Part shown: positions 50,674-60,913 of the stretch, piece by piece
How positions within the stretch are numbered: the stretch's first letter is position 1
Layout: each line of letters begins with the position of its first letter
NCBI GenBank assembly: GCA_030603365.1
Contig: JAUVXV010000001.1
Location: 576,001 to 640,000 of the forward strand
Length of the DNA stretch: 64,000 bases
Origin: Candidatus Heimdallarchaeota archaeon
GTDB lineage: Archaea; Asgardarchaeota; Heimdallarchaeia; Heimdallarchaeales; Heimdallarchaeaceae
Direction: 5' to 3'
Position numbers and translations under genes: made by a program
The notes under the pieces: model-generated
Told to the model about the DNA's origin: nothing
The model's input: the letters and a program-made list of their open reading frames with translations, nothing else
Databases searched by the model: none

Positions 50674-51348
50674 GTGAGTATATTGATGAAGAGATTTCAC
50701 AAGAATTTAATTTCCTTCTGTTTTGTTTCCCCTTTGATACTTACTTACATTGTTTCATTTACTCAGGCTTCAACTTCTGGTTATACAATTTATACACGAA
50801 TAACTGATATAACTCTCCCTCCAGAGATAGTTGAGAAAACTTTCTTCCCTAATCATACAGCGTTTGAATTTGATTATACTGGAGAAATCATAAATCCCAC
50901 GGGGATTGATTTGTTTATCTGGACACCAACTACTTGCTTAGTTCATAATACTGGAAATATAACTTTTGAAAATGAACAAAATGATGGTCACATTCTCGGG
51001 GGAGAAACCCTCTGTGGACAGGCATTCACTCAACATAAGATACCTCCTGGAATTTCTGAAGGAACATTACCCCTTTACATTTCTATAAATGGTACAGTTG
51101 AGACTCTCCCAAATGGAAATTACTCTGTATGGATTGTCATACCTGATTGTGAAGATCAACATGATTATGTTCATTATCCGTCAATTATCTCAGTTTCAAA
51201 TTCTAATATTGTAACTACTCATACTGGAGCAAATATGACTTTCACTTTCCCATCTGTACCCTCATTCCCTCCCCTTCCAGTTTATTCCTTATTTGTTTTC
51301 TTTATTTTGTTGACTATTATACATTACATTAGAAAAAGAAAAATATGA
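50674..51348 (+). CDS. Single-domain anchored surface protein, cassette family A
   Basis: Close paralog of 47560..48228 (SGYTIYTRIT, TPTTCL, LCGQ, LPNGNY.VW). Confidence 0.75.
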   Translation: MSILMKRFHKNLISFCFVSPLILTYIVSFTQASTSGYTIYTRITDITLPPEIVEKTFFPNHTAFEFDYTGEIINPTGIDLFIWTPTTCLVHNTGNITFENEQNDGHILGGETLCGQAFTQHKIPPGISEGTLPLYISINGTVETLPNGNYSVWIVIPDCEDQHDYVHYPSIISVSNSNIVTTHTGANMTFTFPSVPSFPPLPVYSLFVFFILLTIIHYIRKRKI

Positions 51349-51382
51349 TTTATGATCAAATGCTGTAATTTTCTTCAACATC

Positions 51383-51425
51383 GAGCTAGAATCTCCTTCC
51401 TGTTCAGGCAGAAATCCTTCAGGGG
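51383..51425 (+). repeat. Repeat R5
   Basis: 42/43 match to R1, extended 5' by aacatc. Confidence 0.95.
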
Positions 51426-51482
51426 TTTTTCTTCTTTTCTTTGCCTATGTTTTAAATACCTGTTTGTCAAAATTGTATACTG

Positions 51483-52127
51483 ATGATTCAATTTGATAAA
51501 ACTAAAATCTCATCGGTTTTTGTTTTTTTACTTGTATTTTTCTTCTTTGTGAATATTGTACAATCTGATCCAGAAGATATACTTTATAGTCGCATTTCTG
51601 AAATTACTATAAATACTCCTAACTATTCTTCCGAATATAATTATACAGATTTCGATTTTAGTTTTATCATAGAGTTATATAATCCTATGAATGAAGTTAT
51701 ACTTATCTCAACTCCACACTCAATTCTCTTTAATCCTCACGTCAATGTTAGTTTTGCTAATGATTCCTACTCGCTATTTTTCTTGTATGGCTATTATACT
51801 GTACCAACTGATCACTCCATCCCTCCTAATACCACAACTTATTTGAGAGATTATCCTCTTCATTTTACAGATGCAAACCTAACACGATTACCTGAAGGAA
51901 ATTATACCTTATGGTTTGAATTAGATGGACCATCACCTATCACCTATCAACCATTGTCCTCCTTCATAAATGTAAACGACACAACAATAGAAATTTCTCA
52001 TGAAGAATATAATGGTTCATTATTTGTAATTCCTGAATATTCAAGGTTCTTTGTTTATTTTGGAACAACTCATTTATGTTTGATAATATTGATGATTTTT
52101 TTCTTCAAAAAAAGAAGAAATCATTAG
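51483..52127 (+). CDS. Single-domain anchored surface protein, cassette family A
   Basis: YSRISEI, ELYNP, STP, LPEGNYTLW; TM + KKRR. Confidence 0.72.
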   Translation: MIQFDKTKISSVFVFLLVFFFFVNIVQSDPEDILYSRISEITINTPNYSSEYNYTDFDFSFIIELYNPMNEVILISTPHSILFNPHVNVSFANDSYSLFFLYGYYTVPTDHSIPPNTTTYLRDYPLHFTDANLTRLPEGNYTLWFELDGPSPITYQPLSSFINVNDTTIEISHEEYNGSLFVIPEYSRFFVYFGTTHLCLIILMIFFFKKRRNH

Positions 52128-52139
52128 AATTCAATGAAT

Positions 52140-52182
52140 GAGCTAGAATCTCCTTCCTATTCAAGCAGAAATCTCTCAGGGT
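52140..52182 (+). repeat. Repeat R6 (most diverged)
   Basis: 39/43 match to R1. Confidence 0.9.
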
Positions 52183-52320
52183 TTTTCTTTCATTATTTTA
52201 CTTCAAAAATGTAATTTTCTTCTTAAAATGTACAAATAGTTGTACGGATTAAAGCATGCTCTGTACAAAGCATTATATTAAATCTGTTGGAAGACTTGTG
52301 ATAATTAGTCGATAATTCAA

Positions 52321-53034
52321 GTGATAAACATGAGTGAAAAAGACCTTTTGGGAAAAGCAATCGCTCGTTATTTAACCAAGAATTTTGTAAAGTGGTTTAG
52401 TATTGGTTTCGGTGCAGCTCTAATTCTTGGAACTGTTATTGGAGTTAGTTTTTATTATGGTTTCAATCCCTTAACCGACCATGATCCAGATCCTGATATA
52501 CCTTTCTCAACAAGGTTGGCAGAGGAGATAGCTTCAGAGATACCTAATGTTGTTCATGTGATTATAACTGGTAATGCCACTCAAGCTATTCATGAAAGGT
52601 TAAGTTGGGCTATAATCGACCAAGAAGGTGATAACACTTCATATAGTTGGAATGTAACAGCATATGTTATGTTCCCAGCTGATGCCATTAATTTTCTCCT
52701 TTCCACAGCTGAAGTTAATGAGATTGGAACAGGACTGGTTACATCAATTACAAACACTGAAAGAGTAGGAACATTTGGGGTAGCACCTTATGGTGAAGAT
52801 CCTGAACCACCAAACATGAAATGGTCAACAGAATTGTATTTAGCTAATTATACTGTAATTTTGTTATTTATTGATATGGAAGGTTTGATTCTCTTCCAGA
52901 CATCAACTTGGCAAGGAGATTACAATATAGATGATACTGATATGCAAGGATCAGCTGTTCTTTTACCTGAAAGTGCGTTTGATGATTATATACAAGTACT
53001 AAAGGATTTGTTTACACCCCATCTACAAATATAG
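52321..53034 (+). CDS. N-terminally anchored acidic hypothetical protein
   Basis: Single N-terminal TM; acidic ectodomain. Confidence 0.6.
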   Translation: MINMSEKDLLGKAIARYLTKNFVKWFSIGFGAALILGTVIGVSFYYGFNPLTDHDPDPDIPFSTRLAEEIASEIPNVVHVIITGNATQAIHERLSWAIIDQEGDNTSYSWNVTAYVMFPADAINFLLSTAEVNEIGTGLVTSITNTERVGTFGVAPYGEDPEPPNMKWSTELYLANYTVILLFIDMEGLILFQTSTWQGDYNIDDTDMQGSAVLLPESAFDDYIQVLKDLFTPHLQI

Positions 53035-53136
53035 AAGAAATGATTATTGTAGGATTTAATAATTGTGTAGTATAATCTAAATTATTCTTGAAAAAAGAAA
53101 ATTAGTTGAGGTAATAAAACTCTTACCCATTCTTCT

Positions 53137-54765
53137 TTATTTATTGTATCTCGTTTTAACAATCACAACAGTCCCAAGGAAAGATAATAGAACAATGAAA
53201 AAACCAAAAGAAGATTCTTCAGGTGGGTCAGTTGTTGGTTCACTAGTTACTTGGCAATCATAATAGTATTCAAATGGATAAGGATCCGTCCTATTGTGGT
53301 TTCCATCAATTTGATACTCTCCTTCTCCTTCATAATCGTTCCAATAATTCCCTTCATCTGTTGCGCTTTCATACCATCTATTGTTATATCCTTCATCATA
53401 AGCTTGAGAAAAGCCATGCTCTGTACCATTTCTGTTATTGCAGATGAAATAATTGTGATGTATCTTGTTCCAAGTTGACCAATCCCAAATCTTTATCCCA
53501 TATTCTATATTTTCTTGTAAGATGTTATATGAAATTGTTGTGAAATCTGTTTCCTCAAGTATAATGCCATTTTGATTATTTTTGCATGTGTTATTGGCTA
53601 TTGTTAGTGAATCAACTTCCCTTAAGCGAATTCCAATATTGCTATCACTACAGGTATTTAAAACAATACTGGGAGTTCCTTTATAGATTGTAATTCCATA
53701 ATCAACATTTCGAATTACAGTATTGTTCAGTACTTGAGTTGCTATGCTTGTGTGAATATCAATTCCTGCATATTCATTATCATAACAGTAGTTATTTTTG
53801 ATTATTGATGCAGAATCAGCGATAATATCTATTCCTGAGGTGCTGGAATTACATGTGTTTTCTTGAATAGTCATTTCTTCAGTGTAAGCCATCCTAATGC
53901 CATAATGACTTTCAGTACAGTAATTTTTCTGAATTGTAGCTAGAGAAGAATATTGACAATAAATTCCCCAATTTGTATTTTCACAAGAATTTTCAGATAT
54001 TGTACCTAAACTAGATGAAAGAAAACTTATCCCCCACCATGAACTGGTAACAGTATTCGAAGTAGCATTGACCGAATTCGAACCTAAAATATGAATACCT
54101 GCATTGTTTGCGGAATAGCAATAATTATCTTCAATTATAGAATTGTGTGTTTGAGATAATGCAATTCCGAAGTCACTGTTATAACATTCATTATTCTTTA
54201 TTATCTCGTGGTTTGAATAGTAACATACAATTCCTACAGCACCACCACTGCACTTGTTGTTAGATATGGTTACATAATTTGTTGAATAGATGTAAATTCC
54301 ATACCACTCATCTCCATGACAAACATTATTGCTAATCTCAATATTTTCAATAGTGAGATCACTTATGCTTATTGCTGATACATTTGCATTCACTGTGCAG
54401 AATTGAATTTTGAAATGCTTTGTGACATTTGTAATAAAAATTCCGAATTCCAGATCTGTTTCTATTGTGTAGTATTCTATAAGATACGGTTCTTCCTCAG
54501 TTCCAATTCCAGGAAAACCATACGAGTCGAAATCTTGGTCATTCAGTATGATAATGGGGTCTAGATAGGACAATTTAATATTATATTGATGTTCATAAAC
54601 AGAATTACTGTATTGATCTATTGATCTTCCCCCTTGATTTGTCAATTCAAACTGTTGCATGTTTAGGATTGTTATAAGCATTAGAAGGATATAAAAGAAC
54701 TTAATAGATCTTAATGTTCTACTCTTCATAATATTCTGTCCTCTATATGTAATAATGTCATTCAT
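53137..54765 (-). CDS. NosD/PbH1 beta-helix surface protein
   Basis: FPGIGTEEEPYLIE cap, PbH1 repeats, GNYWND, TM + basic tail. Confidence 0.85.
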   Translation of the reverse strand: MNDIITYRGQNIMKSRTLRSIKFFYILLMLITILNMQQFELTNQGGRSIDQYSNSVYEHQYNIKLSYLDPIIILNDQDFDSYGFPGIGTEEEPYLIEYYTIETDLEFGIFITNVTKHFKIQFCTVNANVSAISISDLTIENIEISNNVCHGDEWYGIYIYSTNYVTISNNKCSGGAVGIVCYYSNHEIIKNNECYNSDFGIALSQTHNSIIEDNYCYSANNAGIHILGSNSVNATSNTVTSSWWGISFLSSSLGTISENSCENTNWGIYCQYSSLATIQKNYCTESHYGIRMAYTEEMTIQENTCNSSTSGIDIIADSASIIKNNYCYDNEYAGIDIHTSIATQVLNNTVIRNVDYGITIYKGTPSIVLNTCSDSNIGIRLREVDSLTIANNTCKNNQNGIILEETDFTTISYNILQENIEYGIKIWDWSTWNKIHHNYFICNNRNGTEHGFSQAYDEGYNNRWYESATDEGNYWNDYEGEGEYQIDGNHNRTDPYPFEYYYDCQVTSEPTTDPPEESSFGFFIVLLSFLGTVVIVKTRYNK

Positions 54766-54771
54766 TGTTTT

Positions 54772-56364
54772 TTATTTTCTATATCTTTTTGTAGTAACAA
54801 CAACAGTCCCAAGAACTGATAATACAATAATGAGAAGACCAAAGTAAGATTCTTCAGTTGGTACGATTGTTGGTTCACTAGTTACTTGGCAATAATAATA
54901 GTATTCAAAGGGATAGGGATCAGTGTTGTTATCTTTTCCGTCAATCTGATACTCTCCAATCCCTTCATAATCGTTCCAATAGTTCCCTTCATCTGTAGAG
55001 CTTTCATACCATCTGTTATTATACCCTTCATCATAAGCTTGAGAAAAACCATGCACAGTACCATTTCTATTGTTGCAGATGAAGTAATTGTGATGAATTT
55101 TATTCCAGGTTGACCAATCACCAATCTTGATTCCATATTCAATATTCTCTTGTAGAATATTGTAGGAGATGGTTGAAAAATCTGTTTCGGACAGAACAAT
55201 TCCTTTTATATTCATTGCACAAGTATTGTTAGAAAGAGTAATTGATTGTACTCCTGTTATAGATATTCCAATTCTATTGAAACTGCAATTGTTCAGAAGG
55301 ACATTAGGAGAGCCTTTATAAATTGTAATGCCCGATAATTTATTCATAAAAAGCGAATTGTTTGTTACCGAAGTAGATATGCCTCTCCAGATATTTATAC
55401 CATACTCAGAATTACTGTAGCAAACATTGTTTCGAACTTGAGATTCGGAATCTTCATCAACTGCAATACCTTGTTGACAAGAATGACACTCATTTTCTGA
55501 AACATTTATCTTTCCAGTGTGCCAAAGTTCAATACCTGCAATACTATTTATGCACAAATTTCTATCTATAACTGCTCTATTTGAATATTCTGCCAATATC
55601 CCCCAAAATGTATTATTACAAAAATTATCAGTTATATAACCAAAACTGGAACTAATGAAGTCTATTCCAAAACCTGACTTATAAACTGTATTTCGAGAGA
55701 TGTTAATATAGCTAGAATACATAATGTGAATTCCAGCATAACTGTTGTGATGGCAGTAATTATCTCCAATATAGGAGTTATCGGTTTCATATAGGGCTAT
55801 ACCAAAATCATTGTAAATGCATTCATTATTCTCGATGAACTCATTATTTGAGTACCAACAAACAATCCCTACTGCACCTCCTCTGCACCAATTATCAGTT
55901 ATTATCACATAATCTGTTGAATAAATATAGATTCCATACCATTCTTCTACTTGACAAACATTATTTCGAATTTCTATATTCTCTACTGTTAGATCACTAA
56001 CGCTGATTGCTGATACACTTGCATAAACTACACAGTATTGGATTTTGAAATGCTTGGTAGTGTTTGTAATAAATATCCCAAATTCCTCATCTGTATCTAT
56101 TGTGTAGTTTTCTATAAGATAAGGCTCTTCTTCTGTTCCTTGACCTGGAAAAGCATAATAAATGAAATCTTGGTCATTGATTATAATTATAGGATCACTC
56201 ACGGTTAGTTTAACCTCATTAAATATTTCCACTGAAGATATCTGTTCAATATTATCATGTTCCATATCCTTAGAAATTTCATCGCTATTTGCATAAAAAA
56301 ACAATAAAATAATCAAACTGACGTAAATAACTCTCTTTTTTCTCTGATTCATACATTTCCTCAT
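54772..56364 (-). CDS. NosD/PbH1 beta-helix surface protein
   Basis: Close paralog of 53137..54765. Confidence 0.85.
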   Translation of the reverse strand: MRKCMNQRKKRVIYVSLIILLFFYANSDEISKDMEHDNIEQISSVEIFNEVKLTVSDPIIIINDQDFIYYAFPGQGTEEEPYLIENYTIDTDEEFGIFITNTTKHFKIQYCVVYASVSAISVSDLTVENIEIRNNVCQVEEWYGIYIYSTDYVIITDNWCRGGAVGIVCWYSNNEFIENNECIYNDFGIALYETDNSYIGDNYCHHNSYAGIHIMYSSYINISRNTVYKSGFGIDFISSSFGYITDNFCNNTFWGILAEYSNRAVIDRNLCINSIAGIELWHTGKINVSENECHSCQQGIAVDEDSESQVRNNVCYSNSEYGINIWRGISTSVTNNSLFMNKLSGITIYKGSPNVLLNNCSFNRIGISITGVQSITLSNNTCAMNIKGIVLSETDFSTISYNILQENIEYGIKIGDWSTWNKIHHNYFICNNRNGTVHGFSQAYDEGYNNRWYESSTDEGNYWNDYEGIGEYQIDGKDNNTDPYPFEYYYYCQVTSEPTIVPTEESYFGLLIIVLSVLGTVVVTTKRYRK

Positions 56365-56367
56365 TTT

Positions 56368-58002
56368 TCATCTTATCCGTTTATTATGATTCTTGTATCT
56401 CCTTTCCTTTTTATATCGCATTTTAGCAATCGACATAGTCCCAATAAATGATAATACAACAGTAAGAAGACTTAAAGAAGATTCTTCTGTTGGTTCAGTT
56501 ATTGTTTCTGTTGTTATACACTCAAAATAGTATTCAAATGGATAAGGATCAGTCATATTGTATTTACCATCTATTGAGTATTCTCCTTCTCCTTCATAAT
56601 CTGTCCAAAAATTGCCTGTGTTTGAATCAAAATCATACCACCTATTGTTATAACTACGATCATAAGCTTGGGAAAAACCGTATTCTGTACCAGCTAAGTT
56701 ATTGCAGATAAAGTAATTGCCATAGATTCTATTCCATGTAGATTCAAAATCTGTTATACATACTCCATATTCTCTGTTTTCTTGGAAAGCATTAGAAATT
56801 ATCTCATTATTACTCGAATCTTCAAGTTTCATTCCATATCTGTTCTCGTTACAAGTATTGTTAAATATGAAAAAAGAACTTGAGACGTACAAATTAATAC
56901 CATAAGTATTGTTATTACAAGTGTTACTGATTATCTGATTGTCTTCTCTATCAGAACGTTCATGTCTAAAGACATACATCCCATTGTCCAAATTGTCATT
57001 ACAGGTGTTATTCACTACTAAGCAAGAACCACTTGAACGCAAGTAAATTCCATCCCGTGTATTATTGTTGCAGATATTATGATCTATTAATGAAGACTGA
57101 CTTTGAGTTGTCCAAATTCCGTATGTACCAGCAGAACAGTTGTTATAAACAATGTCAACACCATAAGTACCATGGTTATCTATTCCAATATAAGTGAAGA
57201 CAATATTATTTCTAATCACTGTAATGTTTTTAAGATAGGAAAGAGTAAATCCATTGTCCGAATATTCAATGGTGTTTTCTGAGAGAATGGCATCTTCTAC
57301 TGAATATAAATCGATCCCAATTCTAGTGTTTGAGCAAAAATTATTTTGTAGGTTTATATTTTTTGAATATGCTTGATTTATACCAATTTTGAGGTTGTAT
57401 ACACAATAATTGTTCGTTATTATTGTGCCTTCTGCACCCCCTCCTATTATACCATATTCATTATCATAGCAGAGATTATTTACAATTTTACTATAGTTAG
57501 AATAAAAAACTCCTATACCTGCTTGAGTATAAGCACAAGTATTATTGGAAATAGTCAGGTTTGGGCAAAGAAAAACATATATCCCATAAATGGCGCTATT
57601 TGTGAAATGGTTGTTGTTGATTGAAGAATAACTTCCTGTGTTATTAAATAGATGAATACTTGTGGCACTTGCACTTACACTGCAATTGAAAATGACAAAA
57701 TTCAAGGTTGTATCTCTAATAAATATGCCAAAATCTGAATCTGTTTCAATCTCTAGATTTTGTATTAAGAATGGATTAGTCTCAGAACCATTCCCTGGAA
57801 GACCATAAGATAGAAAATCATCATCTGAACCTATTAGTATAGGAGAGCTTGCGATTTTAAATGAATAATCTCGTATTTCTGATAAATCTAATAAGAAATG
57901 ATCCTTTCCCTCGAATGAATTTATCTCTTTACTCTTGTAATTACCAGAAGTGCTGACTAGCATAAATACGAAAAGAAACAAACAGATGGTTCTAGATTTC
58001 AA
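56368..58002 (-). CDS. NosD/PbH1 beta-helix surface protein
   Basis: Close paralog of 44929..46530. Confidence 0.85.
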   Translation of the reverse strand: MKSRTICLFLFVFMLVSTSGNYKSKEINSFEGKDHFLLDLSEIRDYSFKIASSPILIGSDDDFLSYGLPGNGSETNPFLIQNLEIETDSDFGIFIRDTTLNFVIFNCSVSASATSIHLFNNTGSYSSINNNHFTNSAIYGIYVFLCPNLTISNNTCAYTQAGIGVFYSNYSKIVNNLCYDNEYGIIGGGAEGTIITNNYCVYNLKIGINQAYSKNINLQNNFCSNTRIGIDLYSVEDAILSENTIEYSDNGFTLSYLKNITVIRNNIVFTYIGIDNHGTYGVDIVYNNCSAGTYGIWTTQSQSSLIDHNICNNNTRDGIYLRSSGSCLVVNNTCNDNLDNGMYVFRHERSDREDNQIISNTCNNNTYGINLYVSSSFFIFNNTCNENRYGMKLEDSSNNEIISNAFQENREYGVCITDFESTWNRIYGNYFICNNLAGTEYGFSQAYDRSYNNRWYDFDSNTGNFWTDYEGEGEYSIDGKYNMTDPYPFEYYFECITTETITEPTEESSLSLLTVVLSFIGTMSIAKMRYKKERRYKNHNKRIR

Positions 58003-58005
58003 TTA

Positions 58006-59532
58006 TTATACCTTCCAATGATGCATTTTTCTTCTTCTTACCAAAAAAGTAACCCCTAAGAAATAAAAACTTATGTAGACTAATTTTGGAGTTAGTGCTT
58101 CTTCTGTCTCTACAGGTGTCTGCGTTGGAGTTGTTGTAATTTCATATCTAAATGGCTCGGCATTAGGATAACGATCTACGAAATCTTCTCCACCATCTAT
58201 TGTATAATTTCCTTCTCCGATATAGTCTGACCAGTAATTTCCTAGTTGATTCTCTTCATCATACCAATGATTATTGAATCCTTCATCGAAACATTGAGAG
58301 AATCCAGAAAGCATTTCAGCATTATTGTTGATAAAATCGTTATAGAAGATATCATTTTGCCAACTCCAAGTTGAAAAAATACCAAAATCACTATTATTTT
58401 CCAGAATATTGTAGTGTATCGAATTATAGCTTGCATATTCTAAATGCATACCATATTCAAGGTTATTAGAAAAAGTATTATTTGCAATCATTCTTCGGTT
58501 TGCATCTTTTATCTTGATTCCAATTCCATTGAATTCACAGAAATTATTAACGAAATCTGATGGTTCGTTTACATCGAATTCATTATCAGATATTTTAATC
58601 CCATATAGGCCATTATGATTACATGTGTTATTTTTTACAAGAAGATACTCCCCTGCAACAAAACTCATTCCAACCTCTAAATTATATTCACAGATGTTAT
58701 TAGTAAAATTACTAGATATCAAACCTCTACTTGAAATCCCAGTTAAAATGCTATTTGAGAAGTTATTGCCAGATATTACTGAATTAGGGCAAGATTCAAT
58801 ACTTAATCCTACATTACAATTGATGCATGTATTGTTTAGAATCTTATTAGAGCGGGAATATTTAATTTTAATCCCATAAAATGTGTCTTGACATAAGTTA
58901 TCTTCTAAGATGATGTTTCTACTGTCACCACATACGATTCCTGCACAAGTATTATCTGTTATATTAGAGTATCCCGCACAATCAATGTCAATCTGCCCCC
59001 AAAAACAGCTGTTATTGACCACAGAAGAATACGGTACATCCCTAAGAATAATCCTACAGGATTTGTACTGAAGTATATTATCGTGTAGAACTACACCTGC
59101 TGACTCTCTGATCCATATTGCTGTATAATTGCAGTGAGTAATGGTATTATTAAGGATAGATATGGTATTGGTACCAACATTTGTCACCATTATTCCTCGT
59201 GTTCCTGTTAAGTGACAATTTCTTATAACAAAATGTTTTGTAGTATCCTGAATTAAAATGGCGTCTTGTACATAACTTATGATGTTTAGATTTTCAATGA
59301 TGTAAGGGCGAGTGTTATTTCCATACCCCGAAAAACCATAATCAGTAAAATTATCGTCTGAAATTATCCGAATCGATTCATGGTTAGAATATGCTTTAAT
59401 TTCAGGAAAACTAGTTTGAAAAACATTATAAGACTCCCCTAAAATTTGAAATTTGGATTCAGATGTTGAAATCGTGAAAATAAGCATTGATAGAATTATC
59501 ATTAAAAATAGGTTGTTTTTTTTGTTCATCAT
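58006..59532 (-). CDS. NosD/PbH1 beta-helix surface protein
   Basis: GFSGYGNNTRPYIIENL cap, PbH1 repeats, GNYWSDY, TM + RRRK. Confidence 0.85.
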   Translation of the reverse strand: MMNKKNNLFLMIILSMLIFTISTSESKFQILGESYNVFQTSFPEIKAYSNHESIRIISDDNFTDYGFSGYGNNTRPYIIENLNIISYVQDAILIQDTTKHFVIRNCHLTGTRGIMVTNVGTNTISILNNTITHCNYTAIWIRESAGVVLHDNILQYKSCRIILRDVPYSSVVNNSCFWGQIDIDCAGYSNITDNTCAGIVCGDSRNIILEDNLCQDTFYGIKIKYSRSNKILNNTCINCNVGLSIESCPNSVISGNNFSNSILTGISSRGLISSNFTNNICEYNLEVGMSFVAGEYLLVKNNTCNHNGLYGIKISDNEFDVNEPSDFVNNFCEFNGIGIKIKDANRRMIANNTFSNNLEYGMHLEYASYNSIHYNILENNSDFGIFSTWSWQNDIFYNDFINNNAEMLSGFSQCFDEGFNNHWYDEENQLGNYWSDYIGEGNYTIDGGEDFVDRYPNAEPFRYEITTTPTQTPVETEEALTPKLVYISFYFLGVTFLVRRRKMHHWKV

Positions 59533-60797
59533 TGAGCCACTTCCAGGCTTGAACCTTTTCTCTTTCTTCTCCTTATAACTTGAAAAAGAAATGCTGATTC
59601 AATTAGTAGTAAGCACCATAAATCAAAAGATAAAATGGATGTATGAGGTGTTGATGTCATATGTAGTATATTTTCAAAGGTCTTCAGTTTTAGTTTATAG
59701 GTCCTTTCTTCAGTTGTTGAGTTATAATATTCTTCGAAAACATAAAATGATGTTACTGGATCTGAAAGGCTATACAGTCTTAAAATTGTTGAGCCATATG
59801 GATATGTTTCCATATGTACAAGGTTACCATCAGCTGAAAAGATTTTCAGAACACACACCGTAGTTCCATGTTTAGTACTAGTTTTCATAACATAATACTC
59901 CCCATTGAAATGACAATCAAAATAATACGAACTCATTGTTTTAGTTTCCAAAGTAAAATTGTTGACCAACTCATTATCATAAGATATCTGAGAAGCAAAA
60001 GTGGGTCCATATGTGTAATTTGTGTAAATAACACTAATTCCCTTTTCATATAATGAAATTGAGTGAATTTCTTGACTTAGTTTTCTATGCCAAACAACAG
60101 ACCTATTATTGGTATCTATTTTTAATATATCATCTTTGTAAGCAACAAACAAATCTCCTTTGTGGTTTTCAGCAAATTTCCAATCTAGGAAAGGTCTTGA
60201 TCTAGTATAATTCATCGTATTTATAGTTGTGAAACTTACTTCCCAGTCATAATATCCTGTCTCATTGAATGCATAAATCGTCGTATTTGTATAGTTGATA
60301 TCATCTATTGAGAAGAAACCTTCAATTCTTCCAAGGTAGAAATTGCCTTTATTTGAAAGCCCAATCTCATTTAGATAAATAGTATCTAATGTTATTTTTC
60401 TTATTAAACTCATATTTGAATCGAATTTGATATACGTACAATTGTATTGATTAGGAGGCCAAACCATATACGTGAAAATATTCCCATCATCATCCATAAT
60501 CGGATCGTTGCTGAAATCAGCATTGTTTTTGGGAGCATTAAGTATTTCGTTCCCATTTTTGTCAAATTTAAGAAAGTGTATGTACCCTTCGTACATTGCA
60601 TCTAATGTAAGTAGTGTATTTTGATATTTATCAATTCCATGGCTTTCCATACTTCGAACAACCATATACTTGTACATTTCTCCAAACTCAATTTCCCAAA
60701 GATCCTCAGCTGTATTATCTAAAGATTGAATTGGAATAACTGAAATACATAAACAAATCAACAAGAAATAACATATAATTTTCTTCTTGGGTATCAT
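59529..60797 (-). CDS. Secreted beta-rich (beta-propeller-like) anchored protein
   Basis: Signal peptide; LKFDKNGN, DDDGNIF, IFSADGNL blade-like motifs; TM + RRRKRK. Confidence 0.55.
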   Translation of the reverse strand: MIPKKKIICYFLLICLCISVIPIQSLDNTAEDLWEIEFGEMYKYMVVRSMESHGIDKYQNTLLTLDAMYEGYIHFLKFDKNGNEILNAPKNNADFSNDPIMDDDGNIFTYMVWPPNQYNCTYIKFDSNMSLIRKITLDTIYLNEIGLSNKGNFYLGRIEGFFSIDDINYTNTTIYAFNETGYYDWEVSFTTINTMNYTRSRPFLDWKFAENHKGDLFVAYKDDILKIDTNNRSVVWHRKLSQEIHSISLYEKGISVIYTNYTYGPTFASQISYDNELVNNFTLETKTMSSYYFDCHFNGEYYVMKTSTKHGTTVCVLKIFSADGNLVHMETYPYGSTILRLYSLSDPVTSFYVFEEYYNSTTEERTYKLKLKTFENILHMTSTPHTSILSFDLWCLLLIESAFLFQVIRRRKRKGSSLEVAQ

Positions 60798-60913
60798 TTT
60801 ACTTACCTTAGTTTTTTGAAATAGAGAAGCTATTTTCTATAATAAGGTATTTCCACAATATATATTAAAAGCTAGATGAGAGTATTTCAATACAATTTGT
60901 TAATCGAATTTTA

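Noticed and set aside
44929-59532. Diversity-generating retroelement acting on the NosD paralogs
   Set aside because: Differences between near-identical segments are not adenine-specific and no reverse transcriptase is present
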